From: Candidatus Aminicenantes bacterium
GTDB lineage: Bacteria; Acidobacteriota; Aminicenantia; Aminicenantales; JAFGBC01
Direction: 5' to 3'
Assembly (NCBI GenBank): GCA_963702005.1
Contig: OY969696.1
Location: 4,000,001-4,064,000, forward strand
Length of the DNA stretch: 64,000 nt
Shown here: positions 29,029 through 40,453 of the stretch, piece after piece
How the letters are laid out: every line of letters starts with the position of its first letter
Position numbering within the stretch: the stretch's first letter is position 1
Position numbers and translations under genes: made by a program
The notes under the pieces: generated by a model
The model's input: only the letters and a program-made list of their open reading frames with translations
Told to the model about the DNA's origin: nothing
Databases searched by the model: none

Positions 29029-31350
29029 TCAGAACGTCGTACCGACGGCAAATCGGAACGCGAAGTTGGAGGTCTCTCCGCTGAAGCGGCGGCTGTTATA
29101 GGCGAAAATGAGCCGGAACGGGACGCGGAGGGCGGGGACGAACACCCTCATCTCCAGGCCTGCCGAGGAGCACAGGTTCCCGAGGCTCACGGTCTCATGA
29201 CGGGCGAACGCATTCCCGGCATCGCAGAAAAGGATCGCGTAGAGCGGACCTCCGACCGGAACGATATATTCGGCGTTGAGCACCAGGGACTTTTCGCCGC
29301 CCACGTTGACCCCTTGATCGCTGCGGGGCCCGATCGAATAGATCTCATAGCCCCGGATGGACCTCTCCCCGCCCAGATAGAACCTCTCCCAGAAGGGGAC
29401 TCCCGAGCGCCCGGTCGGCTTCACGAACTCATACCGGACATGAAGGCCGAGCACGTTCTTGGCCAAGAGGGGATGGTAGAAAGTCCACTCGAATTGGGGA
29501 TTGATGAGATCGACCTCGCCTCCCAGGATCCCGCCCGCCAGCTTGCATCCGACCAGATAGAGCGTCCCCCGGGTCGGAGTCAAGGGGCTATCCACCGTAT
29601 TTCGGAAGAGGACCGCCGAGAGGCTGCCGATGTAGTAGTGCCCGTATCCGTAGCCCCCGCCGTAATAATAAGGATTATAGGCTGACGTCGCCTCATCGCT
29701 CGAGGAGCTGACCGCACCGACGTCCGTGTATTCGAACCCATAGGAAAGGTTCGTCATCCAGAAACCGACCGCCCGGACGCCCAGGTTGTACTTGATGCCT
29801 CGGGATTGCTGGCTGAACAGGCCGGGATAGTAGATGTAGCGATTGTAGATGTCGAAGCCCAGGCTCAGGGGCATGTCAAAAACGTAGGGCTCGGTAAATC
29901 CCAGCGAGTAGTTTTTGATGCGCTTGCCAACCTGGCCCATCAACTCCAGGTTTTCTCCCGTCCCCAGAAAGTTGACCGTCGAGTAGCTCAGGGAGATGAA
30001 GGTGCCCTCGTAGCCGCTGTAGCCGGCCGAAAACTGGATGTTGTTCCGCTGGAGCTCCTTGACGTTGACGGTGACGTCTAATTTGGTCGGGTCCCCGGGA
30101 TCGGGTTTGAGTTCCGGCTCTTTCTCGAGGTCGACGATGCCGAGCTGCTTGATTCTCAGGACGCTGTCCTTGAAGAGGGCCAAGCTGAAGCGATCGCCCT
30201 CCCGGATGAGCATTTCGCGCCGGATGACCTTGTCTTTGGTGAAGGTGTTGCCCTTGAATTCGAGCCGGTCGAGATGGGCGACCTCGCCTTCCTGGATGGA
30301 AAAAGTGACCTGGACGCGCTTGCCCTTGGGGTCGAGGGTTTCGACCGGGACGATCTGCGTGTAGAGATAGCCGAGGTTCCGGTAGAGCTCTCCGATTTTC
30401 TCGACGGCCTTTTCCCTGAGCTTGGCGTTATAGACGACGCCCTCCTTGAGCTTGATCATCGAGCGGAGGGCGGGAACGGACAAGATCTTGGGACCCTCGA
30501 TCTTGACGTCGCCGACCGTGTAGCGCTCGCCCGCCCGGATCGGGATGACGATGCGCTTCATCGCCTGTTTTTTTAGGAAAATGGTCCTCTTAGTCGTCTC
30601 CTCGATTCGGGGCTCGCCGAGCGTGGCTTCCATATAGCCTTTTTCCCTGAGCGCGGACTTCAAGCGGGACAAGTCTTCGGCGAGCTTGTCCGCCTTGAAG
30701 ACGTCCTTGCCGCCGATCCAGGACAGCAGGCCGTGCTTCTTGTTGTCTTTCATGGCCGCGGCCAGGACGCTGGAGTGGACCGGAGGGTCCCCTTCGAAAA
30801 CGACCTCTCCGACCCGATTCCGCGGCCCTTCCTTGATGTGAAAGACGATCCCCAGCTCGTTGTTGTCCCGGACGGAGCGCTCAACCCGGACTTCGCCGCC
30901 GGCGAGGCCCTTCTCGGCGAACATCTCCTCGATCGCCTTCGTGATCCGCTGGATCTTGCCGGGGCTGGCGTAGGAGTAAGGAAGCGGGTAGCGGTCCTTC
31001 TCCTTGAGCTTGCCGACGATGTCGTCGGCCTTGAGCTTTTTTCCGCCCTTGAAGCCGACCTTCTTGATCACCGGATTTTCCTCGACGATGATCCTGACGG
31101 TCTTTCCGGAGGATCCCTGGTCCGCCTCCATCTTGATATCGGCGAAAAAGCCGGTCGACCACAGAATCTTGAAGTCGCGCCGCAGCGCGTCTTCGTTGAA
31201 AAAGTCGCCCTCCTTCAAAGTCAGATAATAGAGGATCGTCTCCCGGGTCACTCGCCGGTTTCCGACGGTCTCGATGCGATTGACGATCTCTTGTCCGAAC
31301 AGGAGCGGCGCCCCGAAGACAAGGATCAGGAGTCCCACCGCCTTTTTCAT
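29029..31350 (-). CDS. bamA: Outer membrane protein assembly factor BamA (Omp85)
   Basis: Signal peptide, five POTRA domains (last: GNTFTKDKVIRREM), FYLGGERSIRGY loop, terminal F. Confidence 0.93.
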   Translation of the reverse strand: MKKAVGLLILVFGAPLLFGQEIVNRIETVGNRRVTRETILYYLTLKEGDFFNEDALRRDFKILWSTGFFADIKMEADQGSSGKTVRIIVEENPVIKKVGFKGGKKLKADDIVGKLKEKDRYPLPYSYASPGKIQRITKAIEEMFAEKGLAGGEVRVERSVRDNNELGIVFHIKEGPRNRVGEVVFEGDPPVHSSVLAAAMKDNKKHGLLSWIGGKDVFKADKLAEDLSRLKSALREKGYMEATLGEPRIEETTKRTIFLKKQAMKRIVIPIRAGERYTVGDVKIEGPKILSVPALRSMIKLKEGVVYNAKLREKAVEKIGELYRNLGYLYTQIVPVETLDPKGKRVQVTFSIQEGEVAHLDRLEFKGNTFTKDKVIRREMLIREGDRFSLALFKDSVLRIKQLGIVDLEKEPELKPDPGDPTKLDVTVNVKELQRNNIQFSAGYSGYEGTFISLSYSTVNFLGTGENLELMGQVGKRIKNYSLGFTEPYVFDMPLSLGFDIYNRYIYYPGLFSQQSRGIKYNLGVRAVGFWMTNLSYGFEYTDVGAVSSSSDEATSAYNPYYYGGGYGYGHYYIGSLSAVLFRNTVDSPLTPTRGTLYLVGCKLAGGILGGEVDLINPQFEWTFYHPLLAKNVLGLHVRYEFVKPTGRSGVPFWERFYLGGERSIRGYEIYSIGPRSDQGVNVGGEKSLVLNAEYIVPVGGPLYAILFCDAGNAFARHETVSLGNLCSSAGLEMRVFVPALRVPFRLIFAYNSRRFSGETSNFAFRFAVGTTF

Positions 31351-31361
31351 GTCCGGCCCTT

Positions 31362-32018
31362 TCAAGTCTTACCGAATCGGTAGAGAAGGCCGATGGTCAA
31401 CCCGAGAAAGTCCTGCTGGGTGAAGTCATCGGTCCCGAATTTGTCGACGTCCCGCGAAAACAGGTAGTGATATTTGAGCTCGGCGGTCAGGAAGACCTTG
31501 GAGAAAAGATAAGACTCGACGCCCAACCCGATGTTGAATCCCGGGCTGGTGTCCGAGAAGCTCTCGGCCGGTTGGGAGGGCGCCGGCCAGGCTTTTCCCC
31601 ACAGGGCCGTCTGGCTGAAGCGCCAGGGGTAAATCCCGATCCCAGCGGTCAGGTAGGGTTCGACCACATAGCCGGAGCCGAGGGAGAACGTCGCGTTCAA
31701 GGATATCATCTGGATATTGAGGGCGGGAGCCTGTTCTTTGTAGGCGTAGGGCCGCTGGGCTTTCTTGACCGACAGCCATTGGAAAGCATAGCCGGCATCC
31801 AGGGCCAGGTAATCGTTGACTTGATAGCGGAGCGCCGCGCTCAGGCCGGCCCCGATGTTGACGACGCTGGAAAGCTTCTCGGTATCGCTGTAGCTGCCGC
31901 CGACGGCCAGGATCCCTCCCGGGCTCAGCCTGAAGCTCAGCCGATTCCATAATTGGCCGGCCCCCGCTCCGGATACGATCAGCAGACAGACCGCCAAGCC
32001 CAAACTTATGCGCTTCAT
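31362..32018 (-). CDS. Small outer-membrane beta-barrel protein
   Basis: Signal peptide, amphipathic strands, PYLTAGIG, GFNIGLGVE. Paralog of 32607..33314. Confidence 0.85.
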   Translation of the reverse strand: MKRISLGLAVCLLIVSGAGAGQLWNRLSFRLSPGGILAVGGSYSDTEKLSSVVNIGAGLSAALRYQVNDYLALDAGYAFQWLSVKKAQRPYAYKEQAPALNIQMISLNATFSLGSGYVVEPYLTAGIGIYPWRFSQTALWGKAWPAPSQPAESFSDTSPGFNIGLGVESYLFSKVFLTAELKYHYLFSRDVDKFGTDDFTQQDFLGLTIGLLYRFGKT

Positions 32019-32028
32019 GATGGACACC

Positions 32029-32610
32029 TCAGCGGAGGCCGATGACCTCGATCGTCCAGGCATAGTCCTTGTTCTCCTCGATTTTGATCGTGGTCGACGC
32101 GACTTCCCGCCCGTCGCTGAGCCGTGTCGCCTTGAGATACCGCTCGCCCATGGGGACATCCATGATCCAGCGGTTTTCGTCGTCGGCCAGGTCGAACCGG
32201 TATTGACCGTCCATGGACACGGCCACGTCGATCCCCGAGTTGTTGGTGACGTTGATGTCGGGCGGGTTGTCGATCGTCCAGGAATAGTCGATCTTGGAGG
32301 TGACGTCGATCGTCGTCGAACCGATGACGATATCGGTCCCGGTCCGCTTGGCCGTCAGGACATGCTCATCGAGAGAGACGTCGTCGATCTCGATCGTCAT
32401 CTTGTTGGCGATCGTGAACTTGAATGCGCCGTCCATGTACAGGTCCGCGGCTTCCCCGTAATCATTGACGATGATGATATCGGCCTCTCCCCCGCTGGGG
32501 CTGGTCGGGCTCTTGCAGCCGGCCGCGGCCAGAGCCAGGGCCAGGATCCCCAAGGCGATCAGGCCGCTCCGCAGCGTCCGCGGCCTCAAGCCCGCCGGTT
32601 GGGCTTTCAT
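32029..32610 (-). CDS. Lipoprotein with two tandem ~70-aa beta-rich repeats
   Basis: Lipobox AAGC, internal repeat ending in DY.WTI, ATGA-coupled to the upstream barrel gene. Confidence 0.85.
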   Translation of the reverse strand: MKAQPAGLRPRTLRSGLIALGILALALAAAGCKSPTSPSGGEADIIIVNDYGEAADLYMDGAFKFTIANKMTIEIDDVSLDEHVLTAKRTGTDIVIGSTTIDVTSKIDYSWTIDNPPDINVTNNSGIDVAVSMDGQYRFDLADDENRWIMDVPMGERYLKATRLSDGREVASTTIKIEENKDYAWTIEVIGLR

Positions 32611-33314
32611 TTCTCGGCGTCCTCGTCGGTTTCGGCCGATTCGCCGCCGCCGAAATGAAAGACGAGTCCGGCCCGGATGCCCAGAAAACCCTGCCGGCCG
32701 AAGCCGTTCGTCCCGAATTTCGCCGCGTCCTTGGCGAACAGCAAATGATAGTCGGCCTCGGCCGAGAGGAACAGCCTCGACCAAAGCTTAATTTCGATCC
32801 CCAGCCCTCCGTTCAAGTCCAGGCTGGTCTTGGAGAACCGTTCGTCGCTGTTGTCGGGAACGGCCAGATACGATCCTCCAAAAGCTTGGGAGCTGACTCG
32901 CCAGGGACAGAGCCCCATCCCCAGCGTCAGATACGGCTCGACGCTTCCCCCCGAGGCGAGGAACACGGTCCCGCCCAGCGTATACATGGGGAGGACCAGG
33001 GCGGGTTTCTGGTCCGTATAGCCGGAGGGCCTTTTCTCGGCCTTGAGGAACATCCAGTTGTAGCCGTAGCCGGCGTCGAGGGCAAGATGGGGGGCAAGGC
33101 GATAGCGAAGGACGAGGCCGAGTCCGGCGCCGGGAATGACCGTGTCCCGAAGGGTTGCCGAATCGCTGTAAGCCCCGTGGATCGAGAGCAGCATCCCAGG
33201 ATGGAGGCCGATGCTGAGATAGCGTGCATACTCGGCCCGAGACGTTCCTACGGCCGGGATCGCCAGGAGCATTATGGCGATGAAACGTTTGATCACGGCG
33301 GCCCCGCTTGTCAT
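32607..33314 (-). CDS. Small outer-membrane beta-barrel protein
   Basis: Signal peptide, LDAGYGYNW, PYLTLGMG, NGGLGIE. ATGA-coupled to the upstream lipoprotein. Confidence 0.85.
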   Translation of the reverse strand: MTSGAAVIKRFIAIMLLAIPAVGTSRAEYARYLSIGLHPGMLLSIHGAYSDSATLRDTVIPGAGLGLVLRYRLAPHLALDAGYGYNWMFLKAEKRPSGYTDQKPALVLPMYTLGGTVFLASGGSVEPYLTLGMGLCPWRVSSQAFGGSYLAVPDNSDERFSKTSLDLNGGLGIEIKLWSRLFLSAEADYHLLFAKDAAKFGTNGFGRQGFLGIRAGLVFHFGGGESAETDEDAEK

Positions 33315-33898
33315 TGGATCGTCCATGTGTAATCCTTGTTGGCCTCGACGTCGATCGTGGTCGAGGCCACCTCCTTGCCGTCGCTGACCTTGAGCGCCTT
33401 CATGAAATGCTCCCCGAACGCGACATTCATGATCCAGCGGTTCTCTTCATCCGCCACGTCGAAGAGATACGTCCCGTCCATGGTGACCTTCAGGGACACT
33501 CCGTATTTGTTGGTCACGTTGATGTCCGGGGGGTCGCCGATCGACCAGGTGTAGTCCTGGTAGGCGGTCACGTCGATGGTCGTTTCATCGACGACGGTGG
33601 CCGTGCCGGCCCGCTTCGCCTGGAGGTCGTGCTCGTCGAGCGAGACATTATGGATCTTCTTGCTGTCGCCGTCCGCCACGGCAAATTGAAACGTCCCGCC
33701 CATGTAGATGTCAAGCGTCTCGCCGTAGCCGTTGCTGACGATGATTCGAGCTTGCTCATCGTCGCTGGTCGTGGTCGTGTCGGATTTGGGGCCGAAAATG
33801 CTCTCGCAGCCGGCCAAGACCAGGACCAGAATCGTGGTCACGATCAGAAGACCGATGCTCACAATAAAATCCCATTCAGGCTTCTTCCTGTGTGTCAT
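33311..33898 (-). CDS. Lipoprotein with two tandem ~70-aa beta-rich repeats
   Basis: Lipobox LAGC. Paralog of 32029..32610 (shared PPDINVTN, ENRWIM, EVASTTI). Confidence 0.85.
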   Translation of the reverse strand: MTHRKKPEWDFIVSIGLLIVTTILVLVLAGCESIFGPKSDTTTTSDDEQARIIVSNGYGETLDIYMGGTFQFAVADGDSKKIHNVSLDEHDLQAKRAGTATVVDETTIDVTAYQDYTWSIGDPPDINVTNKYGVSLKVTMDGTYLFDVADEENRWIMNVAFGEHFMKALKVSDGKEVASTTIDVEANKDYTWTIQ

Positions 33899-34030
33899 AT
33901 AAAACCTCGCCTCTCTATCGTCCTCTCGTTAGATGACGGCGGTCCGCGATCCATTCCGGCCCCGCGCAAAATAATTGACCGGGCCGGGTTTCAGGGAAGA
34001 GGGGAGCCGCCGTGCGCCGGACGGCCGCGG

Positions 34031-35388
34031 CTAATCGTGACGAAGGGCCTTGACCGGGTCGACCAGCGCGGCCCGGTGGGCGGGGTAGATGCCGGCGGCC
34101 AGGCTGACCGCGACGGCGAAGCCCAGCGCCCCGGCGAACAGCCACCAAGGAAAGGCGAAGTAATCGATGGCCGGGACGCCCTGCCGGGCGAGCAGGACGT
34201 TGACGATCCGGTTGATGACCCGGCTGACGACCCATCCCAGTCCATAGCCGAACAGCCCGCCGGCGAAGCCGATGATGCTCGATTCAAAAAAGAAGACGGC
34301 GCGGACGTCCCCGTCGCCGGCCCCGACGGCCTTCATGATCCCGATCTCGCGGGTCCGCTCCAGGATCGACATGACCATGGTGTTGACGATCCCCAGGGCG
34401 GCGACGAAGATGGCGATCATGCCGATCGCCGCCAGGATCATGTCCAGGTAGAAGAAAGCCCGGCGGACTTCGCTGAATTGGTCGGCCAGGGCGAAGGTCG
34501 AAAACCCCATTTTCTTAATTCGGGCTTTAACGGCCTCCAGATCCCGGGGAGAGGACAGCCGGACGTTGAGGGCGGCGTAGCCTTTCGTCCCCTCTTGGAG
34601 ACGAAAGATGTCCCAGATGCTGGTGAAGGGGAGCTTCTTGATCTTGCCGGCCGCCCCCGGCGGAATCATCAGCTCGTTCCAGACCGATCCCGGCCCAAAG
34701 CCGGTGCTCTCGCTGACGCCGACGATCCTGAACTCATAGGTCTCTTGGGAGACCGGGAGCTTCCCTCCCTGGAAAATCGAGGATAAATCCATGGGATTGA
34801 GACGGCCCAGGTCGAACGACACCGACGCGATCTCGATCGGCTTCCCGACGGCGGAGGCCGGATCCTTGATATCGAGGCGGCGGAGGAGATATTCGTTGAC
34901 GATGATCTCGTCGGCATCGTCCGAGAGATACGGTTTCCCCGACCTGAGCTTGATCATCCGGGAGGCCGCGATCTTGGCCGGCAGGATCTGGACCAGCCGG
35001 AACTCCTCGCGGCCGTTGAACCGGACCAGGGCGGGGAAGCTCAGGTCGGGATAGACGGAGTCGACGCCCCGGATCTTGGAGATATCTTCGAGCGCCCGGT
35101 CGTCGAGGGCGGTCTTGGCCGCTCCGGACGGGACTCTCCTCGGCTGGGACGGGTTGGGCCTGTCCGGGTCCGAGCCGCCCGGTCCCGACCCCGACGGGAA
35201 GACGGTGATCGCGTTGAAAAGCTCGAGGCTGTTAAAGGTCTCGGTCACGTTCTTCTGCATGCCGGTGCCGAAGGACATCATCGAGACCAGGGCGCCGATC
35301 CCGACCACGACCCCGGCCGTGGTCAGAAGGGTCCGCAGCTTCACCTTCCAGAGGTTCGACAGCGAGAGCTCGAGATGGTCGCGGAACC

Positions 35389-35392
<4 letters not shown>
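34031..35392 (-). CDS. MacB/FtsX-type ABC transporter permease
   Basis: KLRTLLT, large periplasmic domain, ERTREIGIMKAVGA, YPAHRAA..DPVKALR. Confidence 0.93.
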
Positions 35393-36117
<725 letters not shown>

Positions 36118-36175
36118 CGCATGTCCTGGACTCTTTTTAATACGTAAAAATTCCGCCCGGGATTATCGCCGACCG

Positions 36176-36221
36176 ACTGAAGCCCCGCGGACTTACGTCC
36201 GTGGAATCCCGCGAAGGGGAT
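36176..36221. repeat. Short (single-hairpin) copy of the palindromic element at 43194
   Basis: ACTGAAGCCCCGCGGACTTACGTCCGTGGAATCCCGCGAAGGGGAT. The last 34 bp are identical to 43285-43318. Confidence 0.8.
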
Positions 36222-36303
36222 CGACGCATTTGAAATCATTTGTTTTTTATTATAACGTAACTGTCCTTGAGGAAAAAATCCGCGAAGGAACGAGGAGGCG
36301 CCG

Positions 36304-38784
36304 ATGATAACCGCCTTGATGAAAATCATCCGGATCACCCTGGCCGTCCTGATTGTCATCCCGTCCCTGCTGTGCGCGTCCCTGGAAGTCCGGTCGGTGA
36401 CGAAGGCCCAAGACCTGCCCGAGCCCTTCTGCGGCGCCTGGCGGAGCGGGGATTGGCTCGTCTCGAACGGCCGGTTCCTGGCCCTCGTGGGCGGAACGGA
36501 CCGGACCCTCAAGACAACGCTCAACCTCCCGACCGGAAGCCTCAAGGGGAGCATCATCGGTTTCGTCCCGGCCGGAAAAGGATTGGCCAATACCTTGATC
36601 ATAGGCGCGCCGGCTCTCCTCATCAAGGACCGGACTCGATACCTGACTTATGAATCCGCGCGCCCTCTGCCGGGTCAAGCCGGCCGGACCCTGTCCTTGG
36701 AATGCGATGCCCGATACGGGGACGCGAACGGGCACAAGGCGCGAGTGAAGACGACCTATCGTTTCAGCGCCGGGTCGGACCGGATCGAGATCCTCTCGAC
36801 TTTGACCAATACCGGCAGCGCGGCCTTCAAGGACCTGGGCTTCTACATCTATTTCAACGCCCAGAGCTCCTATTCCTTCAATCCCTACAATCGGGAGCGC
36901 TTCCCCGGCCTCAATTTCCGGGTCTACCAGAAGCCCGGCCATTTTCTGGGCTGGATCAACCCTAATCCCCTGCCGTCCGAAGACGATCCCCTGCCCGGGA
37001 CCCTCGCGCCCGGAGCTTCCTACGCCGTCCGCTATTATCTGTTCGTGGACGAGAAGCCCGAAACCCTCCTGGCCTCGATCTACCGGGAACTCAATATCAA
37101 GCCGCTGACGGCCCGGCTGTTCTTCGAGGAGTATCGGGGCGATCGTCTGGAGGTCATCGTGCGCGACCCCGTTTCCACCTCGACCTTCTTCCGGGCTTTC
37201 CTCGAAAATCGGCCCGGCCAGGACGCCGTCCTTCCCGCGGGAATCTACGAGGTCACGGCCAATCTCTTCCCCGCCGTCGCCAAGAAATACTTGAACGTCA
37301 CGCCGGGCGTCGCGGCCGAATGCGTCTTCAAGGCCCCGGCGCTGGCTACCGTCAAGCTCAAGCTCCAGGACGGGCTGGGCAAGCCCGTCCCGGGCAAGGT
37401 CACCTTCATCGGCCTCTCCCCGACTCCGACGCCCTATTTCCAGCCCACTGATCCGATCGCGACCGGGCGGGGCTGGGAAGGGTTCAGAAATCACGTCTTC
37501 CCCAAGGCCAAAAGCGAGGAGGTCGCGCTCCCGGCCGGGAGCTATCTCGTGACGGCCTCCTGCGGTCCCGAGTATTCGATCGAAGAGGAGGTCGTGAGCC
37601 TCCTCGAAAATGACAGTCGCGAGATCGTCATGACCATCGACAGGGCAGTGCCGACGCCCGGCCTCATCGGCCTCGACCCCCATCTGCACACCCAGTTCTC
37701 GGACGGGAGCAATCGGATCCCGGACCGCGTCCTGTCCCTGGCCGCGGAGGGCGTCGACGTGGCCGTAGCCACGGATCACAATTTCGTCAACGATTACGCG
37801 CCGGCCCTGGCCGAGCTCGGGCTCCAAGACCGCCTGGCCGTCTTCTCTGGGACCGAGGTTACCGCACCCGACAACTTCATTCACTTCAACGTCTATCCCT
37901 TGACTCCGGCGCCCGACGAGGACAACAACGGGGCGGTCTCGGCCTTGGGAGGGAGCCCGGAAGCCCTGCTCGCGGCCGCCCGCGAGAAGTCGGCCTCGGC
38001 CCTGCGTCAGCTCAACCATCCCCGCTCCGGCAGTCTGGGCTTCTTCAACAATTACGACCTCGACCCGGAGGCGGCCGCCTCGGCCTCGCCCGGGTTCAGC
38101 ACGGACTTCGACGTCATGGAGGCCATGAACGGCCCGGTCTTCTACGGGGGAAACGATCGGGCCGTGGCCGACTGGCTTCATCTCCTGAACCGAGGCTATT
38201 TCTTCCCGGTCGTCGGCTCCTCGGACACCCATGCCATCGACGGCGAGGAGCCGGGCTATTCCCGGACCTATGTCAGGTACACGGGCGGCGAGGGCCGCGC
38301 CCTGGACCGGCCCGCCCTCTTCGACGCCGTCCGCAAAGGGCGTTCATTCGTCTCGAACGGGCCGATCGTCGAGCTCAAGGTCGACGACCGCGCCGAATCC
38401 GGGGATACCCTGACCAGCCGCGACGGGAAGGTCTCGGTCCAGATCGAAGTCCGTGGCGCGCCCTGGCTCGACGTCGACGAAGTCTGCCTGATCATCAACG
38501 GCGAACCGGGCCTCATATTCCCGGTCGAGCCTTCTCATGGCGCCGTGGGGAAGTTCCGCCAGCGGGTCGGCCTGACTCTCGCCCGCGATTCGTACATCGT
38601 CTGCCAGGTCATGGGGAGGCGGCCGCTCTATCCCGTCGTCCAGGTCAACGCCCGGAGCGCCGAAGAGGCGGCCCTGCCCTACGCCATCACGAACCCGGTC
38701 TTCATCGACGTCGACGGGAACGGGCGCTACGACGCGCCTCTCCCCCGCGAGATCCGGATCGGCGACGGGGCCCGGAAACCCTGA
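36304..38784 (+). CDS. CehA/McbA family (PHP-domain) metallohydrolase, secreted
   Basis: DPHLHT.FSDG, ATDHN, NHPR, GSSDTH, GRSFVSNGP, TNPVFID. Confidence 0.9.
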   Translation: MITALMKIIRITLAVLIVIPSLLCASLEVRSVTKAQDLPEPFCGAWRSGDWLVSNGRFLALVGGTDRTLKTTLNLPTGSLKGSIIGFVPAGKGLANTLIIGAPALLIKDRTRYLTYESARPLPGQAGRTLSLECDARYGDANGHKARVKTTYRFSAGSDRIEILSTLTNTGSAAFKDLGFYIYFNAQSSYSFNPYNRERFPGLNFRVYQKPGHFLGWINPNPLPSEDDPLPGTLAPGASYAVRYYLFVDEKPETLLASIYRELNIKPLTARLFFEEYRGDRLEVIVRDPVSTSTFFRAFLENRPGQDAVLPAGIYEVTANLFPAVAKKYLNVTPGVAAECVFKAPALATVKLKLQDGLGKPVPGKVTFIGLSPTPTPYFQPTDPIATGRGWEGFRNHVFPKAKSEEVALPAGSYLVTASCGPEYSIEEEVVSLLENDSREIVMTIDRAVPTPGLIGLDPHLHTQFSDGSNRIPDRVLSLAAEGVDVAVATDHNFVNDYAPALAELGLQDRLAVFSGTEVTAPDNFIHFNVYPLTPAPDEDNNGAVSALGGSPEALLAAAREKSASALRQLNHPRSGSLGFFNNYDLDPEAAASASPGFSTDFDVMEAMNGPVFYGGNDRAVADWLHLLNRGYFFPVVGSSDTHAIDGEEPGYSRTYVRYTGGEGRALDRPALFDAVRKGRSFVSNGPIVELKVDDRAESGDTLTSRDGKVSVQIEVRGAPWLDVDEVCLIINGEPGLIFPVEPSHGAVGKFRQRVGLTLARDSYIVCQVMGRRPLYPVVQVNARSAEEAALPYAITNPVFIDVDGNGRYDAPLPREIRIGDGARKP

Positions 38785-38811
38785 GTTCCTATCACGCCTG
38801 AAAGGATAGCG

Positions 38812-39435
38812 ATGCCATCCCATTCGGTTGACGGACCTAAGGCGGCCGGCGCGGAGGGATTTTCGCTGATCGGACCGCTCCGGCCGGACGCCTTCGCCAG
38901 CGTCCCCAACCTCATCACCCTGGCGCGCTTGGCCGGGTCCCTCGTCTTCTTTATTCTGGCCATCCTGCGCCAGAACCCGCTCTATAACTATATCGGGCTC
39001 GGCGTCCATTGGCTGGGCGATTTATCCGACGGCTACTACGCCCGGCTGTTCCGGCAGGAGACCGTCCTCGGCGCCGAGATCGATATCATCGCCGACCGGG
39101 TCGAGACTCTTTTCTTCTTCCTGAACTTCCTCCACGTCCGGCCCTGGCTGTTCCTGCCGGTGACCCTCTATCTCCTGGACTTCGCCTTCGTCGATTTCTA
39201 CCTCAGCAACCGCTTCCGCGCTTTCGGCCTCATCTCGCCCAACTATTTCTACGAGGTCGACGGCCGGGTCTATCGCTGGAACTTCAGCCCGGCCGGGAAA
39301 TTCGTCAACTCGACGGTCGTGACCCTCGCCCTCATTTTTCTCCCCCGGATGTTCTGGCCCCTCCCCGCGCTTCTCGCTTGCATTTTGATCGGAATTAAAT
39401 TATGTTCAATTGACATCCTTCGCAGAAAACGATAA
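38812..39435 (+). CDS. CDP-alcohol phosphatidyltransferase family protein
   Basis: PNLITLAR and DLSDGYYAR....T.LGAEIDIIADR signature. Confidence 0.9.
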   Translation: MPSHSVDGPKAAGAEGFSLIGPLRPDAFASVPNLITLARLAGSLVFFILAILRQNPLYNYIGLGVHWLGDLSDGYYARLFRQETVLGAEIDIIADRVETLFFFLNFLHVRPWLFLPVTLYLLDFAFVDFYLSNRFRAFGLISPNYFYEVDGRVYRWNFSPAGKFVNSTVVTLALIFLPRMFWPLPALLACILIGIKLCSIDILRRKR

Positions 39436-39457
39436 CCCTGACCGAGAAAGGAGCTCG

Positions 39458-40453
39458 ATGGAATCCAAGGCCCGGACCCGATCGCTGGCCCGGCGGGGCA
39501 TCGTCAATTTCATCCGACGGCGGCCCTTCTGCATCTCCTTCGAAGTCACTTACAACTGCAACGCCCGCTGCAAGCACTGCCATCTGGGCGGAAAGGCCAA
39601 CCCCCCCGATGAAGCGCGCGCGACGGCCGCCCGGTTCGGCGAGCTCAGCCGTCGTTTCAAGCCGGTCGTCGCCCAGGTCTCGGGCGGCGAGCCCCTTCTC
39701 CGCCCCGATATCGAGGACATCATCCGGGCCATCCGCGTCCCGGACCGCGCCCCTTACATCATCCTGACCACGAACGGCGCCCTCCTGACCCGGGCCAAGT
39801 ACGACAAGCTCATCGCCGCCGGCGTTGACGAATTCTCGCTGTCCTTTGATTATCCCGACGAGCGCCACGACGAGTTCCGGGCCATCCCCGGCCTGTTCGA
39901 GAAGATCCGGACGCTGATGGAAAGCTTCGGGCCGGACGAGACGAAGGCCGTCACCCTCTCGGGCGTCGTCCAGCGCTACAACTTCCGCGACCTCGAAGCC
40001 TTGGCCGAGCAGGCCCGGGCTTGGGGGGTGCGCATGAACTTCAGCACCTATACCTGGCTTCGGACCCAGAAGAAGGAGTACATGATCCCGGCCGAGGAAA
40101 TGGCCGAGTTCAAGGCCGTCGTCGGCCGCCTCCTCGAGCACAAGCGCCGCTTCGATACGATCTACACCTCGGAATACGTCTTCCGGAACATGATCGCCTT
40201 CTTCGAGAACGGATCGGTCCCGGACTGCCGGGCCGGCATCCGCTTCTTCGTCGTCAACCCGAGCGGGTCGCTTTCCCCCTGCGGACTGATCATCAAGGAT
40301 TATGCCTCGCCCCGCCAGATCCGGCGGGATTTCCTCAGGCACAACGACTGCACTTTCTGTTACACCTCGATCCGGGGCGGCTCGGAACGCCCCGTCAAGT
40401 ACCTCGTCAAGGACAACATCCACAGGCTCCGCCGCCCCGAGAAGGCCGCATGA
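39458..40453 (+). CDS. Radical SAM protein with Twitch/SPASM-like C-terminus
   Basis: CNARCKHC, SGGEPLL, TNG, C-terminal CRAG...PC...CTFC. Confidence 0.92.
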   Translation: MESKARTRSLARRGIVNFIRRRPFCISFEVTYNCNARCKHCHLGGKANPPDEARATAARFGELSRRFKPVVAQVSGGEPLLRPDIEDIIRAIRVPDRAPYIILTTNGALLTRAKYDKLIAAGVDEFSLSFDYPDERHDEFRAIPGLFEKIRTLMESFGPDETKAVTLSGVVQRYNFRDLEALAEQARAWGVRMNFSTYTWLRTQKKEYMIPAEEMAEFKAVVGRLLEHKRRFDTIYTSEYVFRNMIAFFENGSVPDCRAGIRFFVVNPSGSLSPCGLIIKDYASPRQIRRDFLRHNDCTFCYTSIRGGSERPVKYLVKDNIHRLRRPEKAA

